Shown: positions 38,804 through 50,956 of the stretch, piece by piece
Layout of the letters: each line of letters opens with the position of its first letter
Numbering within the stretch: the first letter of the stretch is position 1
Notes under the pieces: generated by a model
Seen by the model: the letters and a program-made list of their open reading frames with translations, nothing else
Databases searched by the model: none
Told to the model about the DNA's origin: nothing
Made by a program: the position numbers and the translations under genes
Origin: Armatimonadota bacterium
GTDB lineage: Bacteria > Armatimonadota > UBA5829 > DTLH01
Assembly: GCA_039679675.1 (NCBI GenBank)
Contig: JBDKUN010000059.1
Location: 96,001 to 160,000 of the forward strand
Length of the DNA stretch: 64,000 nt
Reading direction: 5' to 3'

Positions 38804-39141
38804 TTGACAGGCAGTTTGCAATGTGGCATATTACAGTTATAAGGAAGTATACGCTTCTGGTCTACGATTTTTTCGTCGCAACCACTAATTTATCTGTGTC
38901 ATATCGCCATAATTATATAGATCATCCAGCTTACCTCGTGAAACAGCTGAGTGGCCTAATATTGATAACAACTCGATTTTATCTACCATCTATTCTTAAG
39001 GATGTAGTGGCCGGAAGGAATTGACTCTGGGGCTGACCGTAACCTAAAACCAGCTATAGCGGTTGGGAAGAGGCAGCCTCGGGGTGGATGGTATCAGATA
39101 AAAATAGAAAGAACAATATCCAAAGAGGAGGCGTAAGGAAA
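38804..39141 (+). promoter_or_regulatory. Promoter and long structured 5' leader
   Basis: TTGACA-N17-CATATT; nested stems at 38977-39103. Confidence 0.5.
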
Positions 39142-42100
39142 ATGCGTAGAAGCAGCTATGCAGCATCAGCGATTAAATCACCGCTGGTTGTATTAGCAAT
39201 AGTGGCACTGATCCTTTGTGCCGGTGTATCATATGCACAGCTTATTGGTACCCCGGTCTGGTCAGACTATCACTATTATGTCAACGTAGACGTAAATACC
39301 GGAAACTGTGCAAGAACAGCTACCCCGGTAGAGCTGAAGATTAACTTTACCAATTATTTAAATGGTACTACATTTGATCCGAACTCTGTAAGAGTTGCAG
39401 AGTTTGCAACCAAAAATGATAGAACCAGTTCACTGAATCCAGTAGAAATCTGGAGCCAGTTTGACCAGGAATCAGGATTCGATCCAGCTGCAAATGCGGT
39501 CGGCGAAGTAGTATGGATCCTTAGAGGGGATTACGGCCATACTAATACCACATTGGATGCATCAATAAACCCTTCAAATAAAACAAGATACTACAGGGTC
39601 TATTTCGATAACACCAACAACACCAAAGATGCCACGACCTATCCCACAGACCTCAGTTATAATGTTGATCCGACAAACACTTCATTAGTCGATATTACAA
39701 ACCATTTCTATACCGCAGGTATTTGGGCTGCGAAAGATTCCATATACAAGTTGTTGAATGCACAAAACGGTGCAAATCTGTGGACTAGCACCACAGATTC
39801 CTCAACTGGATGCGGTATGTATTGGTCAAATACCATGTTTAACGCCGCAAGCGGTGAAGCAGCCGCGCAGCAGTGGGCTAATGCAGTATCGCTTGCTACT
39901 AGTGCATCCGCTAATAAAGCGATCAGGGTTACTTATAAATCCACCAAGACTGTCAATGTCAATAGCAGTCCATGCACTTTTGATACAGTCCGGAAGTTCT
40001 ACTCCGGCGTTCCTTATTTCAAGGAAGATACAACCTTTACCGCTCCATCAAACTATAACCTGTGGCATAATCTGCAGCTTCGATGGAACGACAACGGCTC
40101 AAACAAAAGGACTCGAGTTATAGAAACAACAGAGCCCAGCCCCATCGATCCTTCCGTAAATATGCCTGCAGGAATGATCTATGACTATGCTACAGACATC
40201 ACAAACGGCATCGGCGGCATAGGACAATTGTTTGCCGGTTACAGCATGCCGCAGACAATCGGAACTTATTCCAGTACAGATCTCCTGTATTCTGCATATT
40301 ACAATTACACATATGGCGGCTGCTGGAGAAATATAGGGCCGTATACACCGCTATATCTGAGCCATGCGACGATGGTCAACTCTGGAGCAGATGATGCATC
40401 TGCCAAAGCTGAAGTAGAAACAGCCCTTGTAGACTACAGCACTCCTGTCGAAGTAATGATAACAGGAAGCAGCACCAACTCCACAAGCTACGGCGCCATC
40501 AAAGGCAAAGTAACTGATGCCAGCAACGCAAACAGAACAGTTAACGGCGCTATGGTAAGACTGTGGGTGAATAACACCTACTTAGGTAAGACTTACACCT
40601 CAGCACGCGGTGAATATGCATTCTCCAATGTTCCTGCAGGAACAGCGAAGCTGAGCGTCAAGACTGATGGATACGAAACATTGGTAGTAAGCAACGTGGC
40701 AATCACAGCCGGAACAGTAACTACCGATAATATTTCTCTTCCGTCTATCATATTTGATACGACCAAGTCCACGAATCTCTGGGCTGCTTCAACAACCCAT
40801 AAATGGCAACTTGTCCTTGATGCGGATGTAAAACAGATAAATGCAGATCCTTCAACCACGACTCAGGCTGAGATCAATGCATTTGCCGGTCCTACTACCG
40901 AAGCAGCTACTACTGACGTCTCTGTTCCAAACGCTGCAAGTGCAATGGGCTTCTTCCCTTATGGTTGGGATGATCTGCAGACAACAGATAAGGTATATGG
41001 CTGGTACAGAACTACAGTCAATATTCCTTCAAGCTGGACAGCAGCGAAGACCCTTAGATTAAGAGACTTTGTGGTATCTGACTCATGTGAAGTCTACTTC
41101 AACGGCAACTTAGTCGGAAAAGCAGGCGCTTTTGGCAGTGCTGATATAACCGGCACTCCTTTGAGCTTTGTTATTCCTGCCAGCTATGTCAATACCGGAT
41201 CTGGTGCGACTAACGTGCTCGCAATCAAAGTATATGACAATACAAGCACCGGCGGAATCTATGCAGGCGGCCCTACCCTTGAGGTTGCTCCTGATGTGGC
41301 AAGTGTAACAGTGAATGTCAAGGGGCCTCAGACTTTGGGCGGATCTGCACTTCCCATCCAGGGAGCGGCAGTAACGCTTGCAGGTATCGGTTCAGGTACT
41401 ACTGACGTAGACGGCAATTGCACATTTGCATCAGTTCCGGGCGATACCTATACAGTGACAGTCAATCATCCCGATTACGGAACAACGACAGCTACCGCAG
41501 ATGTCCCTGAGTCCGGGTCAACTACTGTTCCTGTCACTTACGATTCATTCCTCTGCACGGTAAAAGGTACGGTCACAAGGTATGGTACACCTCTTGCCTA
41601 TGCCCGTGTAGTTGTTACCGACAGTGACGGCAATACCAATACTGCTGCTGCGGACGCAACCGGCGCTTATTCTATAAAAGGTAATAAGGTTGGAAGCAGC
41701 ACGATCACAGTCAACGCATTGAATGCTGTCCCAGTAACTAATCAGCCAATTCAGCTGCAGGCAATGACCGTAACGCTGGATAATATCGATCTGGCTTACG
41801 CCACACTTCCTGTATACGATGACTTCTCAGGAACTGATCTTGATACCAGCAAGTGGCAGCTCTACAACGTAGGCACACCTACTGATGGTAGTATTCCAGT
41901 AGATTCGACATACTCACTTGCAGATGGTATATTGACGCTCACACCAGCACCTGGTCGCGGCGGTCTCTTGAGCAAGACTTCTATGATCCCTGCGAACGGC
42001 GTAGGTGCGTATGAAGTAGCATTCAATCAGAAAGCAACCGGAACAAACCAGGGCTTTGCCCTTTTGGATCCGACATTAGATGATCCTACCAATATCAAAT

Positions 42101-43767
42101 ATGTTTCATACGGACATGGCGTCTGCCTTGAACAGCAGAACTGGTTCGTGAAGGCCTTCTTGAACAGCGCCACCAGCCCCAATGGCAACTGGGAAGTTGC
42201 AGTTGACACAACTAGTGGCGGCCTTGGATATCCTGCAAGGATCACGATTCTGAGGACTGCTAACTACTACGATGCATACTATAATGGTAAATGGGCATTG
42301 ACATCTCAATTAGGTTCTAAGCCTTATGGAGATACCGGATTTGTCGGTAAAATGCCTGTAGACACAAATACTGGTAAGCCATATCTCTCAGATAACACAT
42401 ACATTTATCTGAATGGTTACGTTAGCACCACTAATGGCTTAGGTTACACCAAGGGATATTTCGATGAGGTAAGAGCTGGTGATGCAGTTCCTATGCCCGC
42501 ATCGACAATATCAGATGTAAGAAATAGTGATGCCAGCAGTAATAAACTCTACATTAAGGGTGGAATAGTAACTGCCAGCTTTGATGATTGCTACTTCATT
42601 GAGAACTCTGACCGTTCTGCAGGTATCAAGGTTATCTCTACCTCCAAGCCTGCCGTAGGTAAGAGAGTAGAAGTAATAGGAAACGTAGTAAAGGATAATA
42701 GAGAAGTAGCTATCAATCAGCAAGATCTGACAGTTAGCACAGATGCAACAGTTCCTCCTACCGTAGCAATAACAGGCAAGGTAGCAGGAGAGCTGGACAA
42801 AGCCGGAGCAGCCGCACAGGGACTTTATGTAAAGGTTGCCGGCAGAGTCACTGGAGTTACCTATGACACCACTGACACAACTAAGGTCAATGGATACTTC
42901 CTTGATGACGGCTCAGGCCTGGCAGGAGACAACACAAACAAGGGACTCTACGTAAAAGTAGATCCTGTCTGGGGAGTCTCAGGTGCCATCAATGGTACAT
43001 TCAAGACTGCAGAAGGGGTTCTGACTGTTACAACAGCGGGAGGAAACATTATTCCTTGCGTAAGAACTACAAAATCCGATGTAGCAGAGCCTGCAACATA
43101 TACAGCCTATAATGACTGTGGATTTAGAATTGGTTTCTCCTCATCACCGGATGACACCAATGTGACACTCTACCACATAGGAACACCTAGTCCGACTGGT
43201 GCTCCAGCTTCACCAAAGTATGCTACAAGCGGATATCTTTTCGACTATGACACAGGCAATCAGCTTCCTATACTTGCAACGTTTACCTGCACCAGTGTTA
43301 GCGCTACAACTTGGAATGATGGTAGCAATGCTTGCGGAGCTGATGCCGCTGCTGGCACGGATGCTTACAATGTCTTCTATGGCAAAGTTAACCTGCTTGG
43401 ATTCGTTGCTGTAGCCTACCCGAATACAGTAACCATTACTTTCAGCGGGCTCAATCCTAATGGATTGTATGAGTTTGCAACCACAGGAAACAGAGGTGGT
43501 GCTGCTACTGATGCCAACCGACCAACTAAGTACACGATCAGTGGTGCTCTAGCTTACACAAATACCGGTAGTATTACAGGGACAGGCGTTACATACGGTA
43601 ACGACTGGATCACCTTCGACACAAGGAAGAATGTTACTCAAGGATACATCGCAAGATGGACAAATATCCAGCCTTCCGCTAATGGAACATTCTCCATAAC
43701 CACGCAATCAACTACTAATACTACTGTCTATCCGTTGAATGCATTCATGCTGAAGAAACTTCAGTAA
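39142..43767 (+). CDS. Large secreted multidomain protein (carboxypeptidase-regulatory-like repeats, galactose-binding-like domain, OB-like pair)
   Basis: Signal peptide; GAIKGKVTDA and CTVKGTVT repeats; GWYRTTVNIP..VYFNGNLVG..NVLAIKVYD; IENSDRSAGIKV..GLYVKVAGRVT..LDDGSG. Confidence 0.8.
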   Translation: MRRSSYAASAIKSPLVVLAIVALILCAGVSYAQLIGTPVWSDYHYYVNVDVNTGNCARTATPVELKINFTNYLNGTTFDPNSVRVAEFATKNDRTSSLNPVEIWSQFDQESGFDPAANAVGEVVWILRGDYGHTNTTLDASINPSNKTRYYRVYFDNTNNTKDATTYPTDLSYNVDPTNTSLVDITNHFYTAGIWAAKDSIYKLLNAQNGANLWTSTTDSSTGCGMYWSNTMFNAASGEAAAQQWANAVSLATSASANKAIRVTYKSTKTVNVNSSPCTFDTVRKFYSGVPYFKEDTTFTAPSNYNLWHNLQLRWNDNGSNKRTRVIETTEPSPIDPSVNMPAGMIYDYATDITNGIGGIGQLFAGYSMPQTIGTYSSTDLLYSAYYNYTYGGCWRNIGPYTPLYLSHATMVNSGADDASAKAEVETALVDYSTPVEVMITGSSTNSTSYGAIKGKVTDASNANRTVNGAMVRLWVNNTYLGKTYTSARGEYAFSNVPAGTAKLSVKTDGYETLVVSNVAITAGTVTTDNISLPSIIFDTTKSTNLWAASTTHKWQLVLDADVKQINADPSTTTQAEINAFAGPTTEAATTDVSVPNAASAMGFFPYGWDDLQTTDKVYGWYRTTVNIPSSWTAAKTLRLRDFVVSDSCEVYFNGNLVGKAGAFGSADITGTPLSFVIPASYVNTGSGATNVLAIKVYDNTSTGGIYAGGPTLEVAPDVASVTVNVKGPQTLGGSALPIQGAAVTLAGIGSGTTDVDGNCTFASVPGDTYTVTVNHPDYGTTTATADVPESGSTTVPVTYDSFLCTVKGTVTRYGTPLAYARVVVTDSDGNTNTAAADATGAYSIKGNKVGSSTITVNALNAVPVTNQPIQLQAMTVTLDNIDLAYATLPVYDDFSGTDLDTSKWQLYNVGTPTDGSIPVDSTYSLADGILTLTPAPGRGGLLSKTSMIPANGVGAYEVAFNQKATGTNQGFALLDPTLDDPTNIKYVSYGHGVCLEQQNWFVKAFLNSATSPNGNWEVAVDTTSGGLGYPARITILRTANYYDAYYNGKWALTSQLGSKPYGDTGFVGKMPVDTNTGKPYLSDNTYIYLNGYVSTTNGLGYTKGYFDEVRAGDAVPMPASTISDVRNSDASSNKLYIKGGIVTASFDDCYFIENSDRSAGIKVISTSKPAVGKRVEVIGNVVKDNREVAINQQDLTVSTDATVPPTVAITGKVAGELDKAGAAAQGLYVKVAGRVTGVTYDTTDTTKVNGYFLDDGSGLAGDNTNKGLYVKVDPVWGVSGAINGTFKTAEGVLTVTTAGGNIIPCVRTTKSDVAEPATYTAYNDCGFRIGFSSSPDDTNVTLYHIGTPSPTGAPASPKYATSGYLFDYDTGNQLPILATFTCTSVSATTWNDGSNACGADAAAGTDAYNVFYGKVNLLGFVAVAYPNTVTITFSGLNPNGLYEFATTGNRGGAATDANRPTKYTISGALAYTNTGSITGTGVTYGNDWITFDTRKNVTQGYIARWTNIQPSANGTFSITTQSTTNTTVYPLNAFMLKKLQ

Positions 43768-43813
43768 TCGACTACTCAATATGATGCTTTCTTAAGAAGC
43801 ATCATCTGTTAGA

Positions 43814-43851
43814 GAAAAGGCCGTTCGGGATAAGTCCCGAGCGGCCTTTTC
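43814..43851 (+). terminator. Rho-independent terminator
   Basis: GAAAAGGCCGTTCGGGA..TCCCGAGCGGCCTTTTC. Confidence 0.75.
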
Positions 43852-43963
43852 CGGTATGCTTGGGGTTTTTACTGGCTATTTGCCTGGTTAGGGGTTGAAC
43901 CTTATGCCGCGCAATGGTAGCATGGGTAAGATAAATACAAAGCTTTATGTGAGGCAAGATCAA

Positions 43964-44428
43964 ATGGCAAAAGACAGGCGTCTGAACCTGGATCAGATAG
44001 ACGACGATAATAGCAGCCTAATCAATAAAGACCTGCTGAAGGACGTGATGGAAGCAACCGAGCACGCAAAACGCCAGAAAGCTGACGACAAGGCACGCGA
44101 CCAGAAGCAACAGACCCAGGCCAAAGACCAGAAAACAATGATCGCCATAATTTCCGTGGCGACTATCATCATATTCGCTATAGCCTATTGGATGATCTTT
44201 ATGAGACAAGCGCCGCAGCAGGCCATCCAGGCGCCTCCACCATCCCACCAACAGGCAGCGCCAGTACAACAATCCGCGCCACCTCAAAACCAGCCGAATA
44301 TGGGCAACAGCCGGCCTATACCGAATGCGCCAAACAATAATGGCAAAGCGCCTATCGTATCCGACCCTGTCCGCCCTAACGCATCAGATACATATGGAGA
44401 TCCTCAGGATACAGGCGGGGGACTGTAA
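43964..44428 (+). CDS. Hypothetical single-pass membrane protein with Pro/Gln-rich tail
   Basis: One TM helix, low-complexity C-terminus; start uncertain. Confidence 0.6.
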   Translation: MAKDRRLNLDQIDDDNSSLINKDLLKDVMEATEHAKRQKADDKARDQKQQTQAKDQKTMIAIISVATIIIFAIAYWMIFMRQAPQQAIQAPPPSHQQAAPVQQSAPPQNQPNMGNSRPIPNAPNNNGKAPIVSDPVRPNASDTYGDPQDTGGGL

Positions 44429-45328
44429 TCACCTGAATATTTGAAGCAGCGTGTAAAGCATCAATGTGATCTGAGTTGCATTGCCAATCGACATTTTTCG
44501 CTTCTGGTGCGTTTGCAATTGCGGTATAAATGCAACATCTCCACATTCGACTTTTGTCGCCTGCCTTATGCTCGCGCTGGATGCATCTACAATTCGTGTA
44601 GGCCGGTCTATCCCTTCAAGAGGTGATATTCTGACATTCTTCATGTTGGCTTTTGAGGTAATTCCGCCGGCAGCCTGTATCAGCGCTTCAAGATTATCGG
44701 ATTTTCCTGTTATGAGGTTGTAAGTGCCGGGTTGATTGATCTCGCCTGTCACCGATGCCTGATATTCCGGGACTGTCACTATATCGTCTGGTTCCAGCGG
44801 AAGTGCAGATGACAGCTTATCGAGGTTAGCGCTGATCTTTTTACCGTTTCTGGTGACATATGTGGCTTCACGGGCACCTTTCTCGTCTTCTCCGCCCGCA
44901 AGCGTCAGCGCATCAGACGCCGTCATCCCACGATTCAGGTTGTACTCACCAGGAACCTTAACATGGCCTTCGACCCGTATACTTGCGGGCTTTATTATGA
45001 TCGTATCACCCGCTGAAAGCGTAATGGTCTCTTCACCGGACAGGATTGCCTGCAAATTGATGGCAGTCTTATCGTTTTTTGCACTCACAAGTACTGCGGA
45101 TGTTTTTTCGTAGCTGTTCTGGAGTCCGCCTGCGAGTTCGATTGCATCTTTTGCCGTCATTCCGGCCTTGAAAGGATATTCACCAGGCTTGTTAACGGAA
45201 CCCATGACAGATATATGTGCTGATGACGGCTGCTGGGCTGATACAGGTATCGATAACATGGTCAGGAAGACCGCCAGCATAGCTGCTATAACAGTAAAAG
45301 ATGATATATCACTGGAAATGCGTCTCAT
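44429..45328 (-). CDS. SLBB-repeat secreted protein
   Basis: Signal peptide; three G(S/H/E)V..PG.Y..AGG units. Confidence 0.85.
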   Translation of the reverse strand: MRRISSDISSFTVIAAMLAVFLTMLSIPVSAQQPSSAHISVMGSVNKPGEYPFKAGMTAKDAIELAGGLQNSYEKTSAVLVSAKNDKTAINLQAILSGEETITLSAGDTIIIKPASIRVEGHVKVPGEYNLNRGMTASDALTLAGGEDEKGAREATYVTRNGKKISANLDKLSSALPLEPDDIVTVPEYQASVTGEINQPGTYNLITGKSDNLEALIQAAGGITSKANMKNVRISPLEGIDRPTRIVDASSASIRQATKVECGDVAFIPQLQTHQKRKMSIGNATQITLMLYTLLQIFR

Positions 45329-45448
45329 AGCTTCCTCCTATAGATTTCGGTATTACCGAAAATCTTCCGGGTCTGAAACTTATTCAGGCCAAATCGCACT
45401 GTTTCTTTATAGCACAACTTACCCTGCAATTGGAAGCAAACAGGCGTA

Positions 45449-46864
45449 TTATTCCACGCTTATCACCCGTATGAGACTCGTGTTTCCCGGAACTCCTACA
45501 GGCACTCCGGCTGTCACGACTACTGTGTCCCCCGGACGGACTACCCCGGCTTTTCTGGCAGACCTCACCGCGACATAGATAAGGTCGTCTGTACTGTCCG
45601 ATGCAGGGACAGAGAGCGGCATAACGCCCCACGAAAGTGTCAACTGCCCAACTGCTTCAGGTCTCGATACGGCGGCCACGATCAGCGAAGAAGTCCTGTA
45701 TTTGGATACAAGCCGTGCGGTAGTCCCTGTAGCGGTGCATGTAACGACTGCAGCTACTTTTAGGTCAGCAGCGAGCTCAGCGCTTGCCTGGCCTATCGCC
45801 TCAGTCACACTCCTTGCAGGCATAGCGGTCCTCTCTCTCAGTTCCTCGGTATATGAGATCGACCGCTCTGCGCGCCTTGCGATTCTGGCCATCATTCTTA
45901 CCGATTCTACCGGATAATCACCTGCTGCTGTTTCTCCTGAGAGCATTGTCGCATCTGTACCATCTAGAATCGCATTAGCGACATCCGATGCTTCGGCTCT
46001 TGTCGGCCTGGGGTTGGATATCATCGAGTCCAACATCTGTGTTGCAGTAATTACAGGTTTTCCTGCTGCATTACACTTCTTGATAATAGACTTTTGGATG
46101 ATCGGCACATCATAAATGGCGAGTTCTATGCCCAGATCGCCTCGCGCGACCATTATCCCATCAAACGCATCGATAATCTCATCAATTGCAGCTACTGCTT
46201 CAGGGCGCTCTATCTTCGCTATAAGCGGCCTTTTGATCCCTACACGGCTCATCACTTCATCCGCTGCTGCTCTATCATTCGGAGTCCTTACGAAAGATAC
46301 AGCCACCCAGTCCACGCCATGCTTCAACCCGAACTCCAGGTCCGATATGTCCTTCTCAGTGAGTGCGGCTGCGCAAAGCCTGGTACCTGGAACGCTTACG
46401 CCTTTTCTCGAGCTAAGTTCCCCGCCTATCACCACTCTCGTGACTATGTCTGTATCAGTTTTTGAGATAACCCTGAACTGCAGCCTCGCGTCATCGACAA
46501 AGATCGTGCTGCCCTTCTTTACCTGCTCGACAAACTCCGGGTAAGGAAGCGTGACTTCTTTTTCGTTCCCTTCAACCTCGTGAGTTGTGAATACAAACTT
46601 CCGGCCTTCGACCATGTTAACGCTCTTAGCGGCAATCTTCCCCAGCCTGATCTTTGGGCCTGACAAATCCTGCAATATCCCCACAGGCTGGCCGAGCGAT
46701 GCTGAAAGTGAGCGTATCATCTCTATACGTTCGGCATGCTCTTCCTGTGTCCCATGCGAGAAATTAAGCCGGGCGACGTTCATCCCGGCCTTTATCAGGT
46801 TTTTCAAGCACTCTTCAGAGGAGCACGCTGGTCCGATTGTGCAAACGATCTTTGTTTTTCTCAT
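45449..46864 (-). CDS. pyk: Pyruvate kinase
   Basis: RKTKIVCTIGPA, ARLNFSHG, MVARGDLG, ATQMLDSM, MLSGETA. Confidence 0.98.
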   Translation of the reverse strand: MRKTKIVCTIGPACSSEECLKNLIKAGMNVARLNFSHGTQEEHAERIEMIRSLSASLGQPVGILQDLSGPKIRLGKIAAKSVNMVEGRKFVFTTHEVEGNEKEVTLPYPEFVEQVKKGSTIFVDDARLQFRVISKTDTDIVTRVVIGGELSSRKGVSVPGTRLCAAALTEKDISDLEFGLKHGVDWVAVSFVRTPNDRAAADEVMSRVGIKRPLIAKIERPEAVAAIDEIIDAFDGIMVARGDLGIELAIYDVPIIQKSIIKKCNAAGKPVITATQMLDSMISNPRPTRAEASDVANAILDGTDATMLSGETAAGDYPVESVRMMARIARRAERSISYTEELRERTAMPARSVTEAIGQASAELAADLKVAAVVTCTATGTTARLVSKYRTSSLIVAAVSRPEAVGQLTLSWGVMPLSVPASDSTDDLIYVAVRSARKAGVVRPGDTVVVTAGVPVGVPGNTSLIRVISVE

Positions 46865-46962
46865 GGATTTTTAGTCTTCCTAAAACGCGAAGGGAGCCAC
46901 ATGGCTCTTTTATTCACTCCATTGTGGCTCCCATACATTAATATAAGCTTAATTCGGGCTTA

Positions 46963-48279
<1,317 letters not shown>

Positions 48280-48466
48280 TTAATAAAAAGTGCATCCCTG
48301 ATTATGGATACACTAAACTTTATCCTGCCCAAAAGTTATTCGATTATAACAGACGAGAGGGCTTAAAGTAAACCGCAGTTTAGAACAATAAAGATTAGTT
48401 CAACCACTTTATTTATATGCTAATATATAGCAACTGAACTTATATAATCCACTTTGGAGCTTAAAT

Positions 48467-50809
48467 ATGCGCGTTATAATCAAAGAAGAACCCTTTATTG
48501 ATCCCGCCAAACACTGGGCTCAAAGAGGCTATTGGCCTGCCAGGGTTATCTCTCATCCCGAAGTAACTACTGATAAATCATCCGTAATGGCATACCGCCG
48601 GTGCTTCAACCTGCCACAGAACACGAAATTGCGGATTCATGTTACTGCAGATGAGCGGTACGAACTGTTTCTCGACGGCAATCGAATAGGCCGCGGCCCG
48701 GAGCGCGGTGACAGAGATAACTGGTTCTACGAGACATACGATCTGGTTCTCTCTGCAGGAAAACACATGCTGGTTGCACGCACCTGGTGGCTAAGCCCTG
48801 ACAGTCCAGCACCGTATGCACAAGTGATGGTCCAGCCGGGGTTCGTCCTTGCTGCAGAAGGAGTCGAACCGGATATTCTAAACACAGGTGTTGCCGAATG
48901 GAACACTAAGATCATCGGCGGATATTCAACTGTTTGCCCTGAAGGCGCAGCCTGGGGAGCCGGTGCAAAGGTACATATAAGAGGCAATGAGTTCGCCTGG
49001 GGGTTCGAAAATGGCGACGGTGACGGTTGGGTCTCTGCAAAAACAATATGCCGTGTAGCTGCAGCATCGTATGCAAACGAATATCCCCATATCTGGATGC
49101 TTCGCCCGGCGGTACTTCCACCGATGATGGAAGAACCCCGAAAAGTAGGAGTAGTGAGGCATATTCAGAAAGTCGATACCGAAGATACTTCCCATATCTG
49201 TGTTACAAGTGCCGACAACATTCCATCTGAAGCAGAAGACTGGAATAAACTTCTTAAGGGCGCAGGCACGGTTATTATTCCGAATAACACCATGCGCCGC
49301 GTTATAATCGACCTGGAAAACTACTATACAGCCTATCCTGAGATTACCGTATCGGAAGGAAAAGGCTCAAAAATCAGGATACTCTGGGCTGAGGCGCTAT
49401 ACCTCGACATAGACAATAGAAGTCTAGGAAAAGGGAACCGCAACGAGGTAGAAGGAAAATACTTCTTCGGAATGGGTGACACTTTCGAACCGGACGGAGG
49501 TAAATCCCGAAGGTTCGACACCCTCTGGTGGGAAGCCGGGCGCTACCTGGAGATTTTCATATCGACGGCTGATCAGCCGCTTGTAATCGAGGACTTTACG
49601 CTCCGCGAGACTCATTATCCTTACGATTTTAAGAGTAAATTTGACGCAAGTGACAACAGACTTGCCGAGGTTGTTCCAATTGCATTGAGAACCCTTGAAA
49701 TGTGCTCTCACGAGACCTATATGGACTGTCCGTATTACGAACAGTTGATGTATGTGGGCGATACCAGACTTGAAGTGCTGACTTCGTATGCTACGACCCG
49801 CGATGACCGCCTTCCAAAGAAAGCACTTTTGATGTTCGACCGCTCTCGAAGGTTATCCGGGCTTACGCAGTCCCGCTATCCGAGCAGGGTGACGCAGATA
49901 ATCCCGCCGTTTTCGCTCTGGTGGGTCGGGATGGTCCACGATTTTGCGATGTGGAGAGACGACCCTGAGTTCGTCAAAAGCCTTATCCCCGGCATAAGGA
50001 CTGTAATTGACGCATTTATCGGTTATATCAACGCAGACGGGCTTGTAGAAGGCCCCAGAGGATGGAACTTCACGGACTGGGTGCCGAACTGGTGGGATGG
50101 TATCCCGCCGGACGGACACCTGGGAGTGAGCGGGATTCTCAACTGGCAGACCGCGCTGATACTCGGCCTTGCTGCGGAGTTGGAGAACACCTTCGGGGAC
50201 CCGGAAATCGCCCAGAGGAACCTTAGGATGCGGGACAGGATATCCGCAACATCCAAAGAGGTATTCTGGGACAATGACCGAGGTATATTCGCCGACGATC
50301 TTTCGAAGGAGCACTACAGCGAGCATTCTCAGTGCCTCGCACTCCTTGGGGGAACTGTAGATGGCTACAAACGCGACAGAATGATCGAGGGACTCCTGAC
50401 TGACCCTAATCTGGAGCGGACGACCATCTATTTCAGCCATTATCTCTTCGAGACTTACCGGCTGATAGGAAGAATAGATAAACTCTTTGAGCGTATGGGC
50501 CTATGGTTCGATCTAAAGGGTCAAGGCTTCAAGACAACGCTTGAAAAACCGGAGCCGAGCCGCTCTGATTGCCACGCATGGGGCGCACATCCGGTATATC
50601 ACTACTTCGCCTCAGTGCTTGGAATCCGGCCTGCATCGCCAGGGTTCAAGACGGTCAAAATAGAGCCGCAGCTAGGGCATCTGAGCTATGCGAAAGGCGA
50701 GATGGTGCATCCTAAAGGGATGATCAAGGTGGAAGTCGAGCAGAAAGACGGTAAGATTTCGAGCAATATAGCACTACCTGATGGGATCGAACTGGTATCA
50801 AATACTTAA
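48467..50809 (+). CDS. Alpha-L-rhamnosidase (GH78)
   Basis: TADERYEL, DCPYYEQLMYVGD, SDCHAWGAHP. Confidence 0.9.
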   Translation: MRVIIKEEPFIDPAKHWAQRGYWPARVISHPEVTTDKSSVMAYRRCFNLPQNTKLRIHVTADERYELFLDGNRIGRGPERGDRDNWFYETYDLVLSAGKHMLVARTWWLSPDSPAPYAQVMVQPGFVLAAEGVEPDILNTGVAEWNTKIIGGYSTVCPEGAAWGAGAKVHIRGNEFAWGFENGDGDGWVSAKTICRVAAASYANEYPHIWMLRPAVLPPMMEEPRKVGVVRHIQKVDTEDTSHICVTSADNIPSEAEDWNKLLKGAGTVIIPNNTMRRVIIDLENYYTAYPEITVSEGKGSKIRILWAEALYLDIDNRSLGKGNRNEVEGKYFFGMGDTFEPDGGKSRRFDTLWWEAGRYLEIFISTADQPLVIEDFTLRETHYPYDFKSKFDASDNRLAEVVPIALRTLEMCSHETYMDCPYYEQLMYVGDTRLEVLTSYATTRDDRLPKKALLMFDRSRRLSGLTQSRYPSRVTQIIPPFSLWWVGMVHDFAMWRDDPEFVKSLIPGIRTVIDAFIGYINADGLVEGPRGWNFTDWVPNWWDGIPPDGHLGVSGILNWQTALILGLAAELENTFGDPEIAQRNLRMRDRISATSKEVFWDNDRGIFADDLSKEHYSEHSQCLALLGGTVDGYKRDRMIEGLLTDPNLERTTIYFSHYLFETYRLIGRIDKLFERMGLWFDLKGQGFKTTLEKPEPSRSDCHAWGAHPVYHYFASVLGIRPASPGFKTVKIEPQLGHLSYAKGEMVHPKGMIKVEVEQKDGKISSNIALPDGIELVSNT

Positions 50810-50883
50810 GGCTGAAAAGTTGTCGAAAACTCGTGGGTATATGGGGCGAACTGCGATCCCGGAAGATACGAACAGATAGCAAG

Positions 50884-50936
50884 GGGCATGGATGCCCTGG
50901 AGAATGGGGACCGGGGGATCATGCCCCGGTCCATCA
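50884..50936. repeat. Twin-hairpin repeat family C, copy 2
   Basis: GGGCATGGATGCCC..GGACCGGGGGATCATGCCCCGGTCCATCA, between convergent genes. Confidence 0.8.
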
Positions 50937-50956
50937 AGATCGCCGAAAGCTAATAG

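Noticed and set aside
39020..39090. Call as a Moco or c-di-GMP riboswitch
   Set aside because: Diagnostic motifs (GNRA tetraloop stems, GCAAA) not found; kept only as an unnamed candidate
46892..46931. GGGAGCCACA..TGTGGCTCCC hairpin between eno and pyk
   Set aside because: Single copy; likely an ordinary terminator or stabiliser
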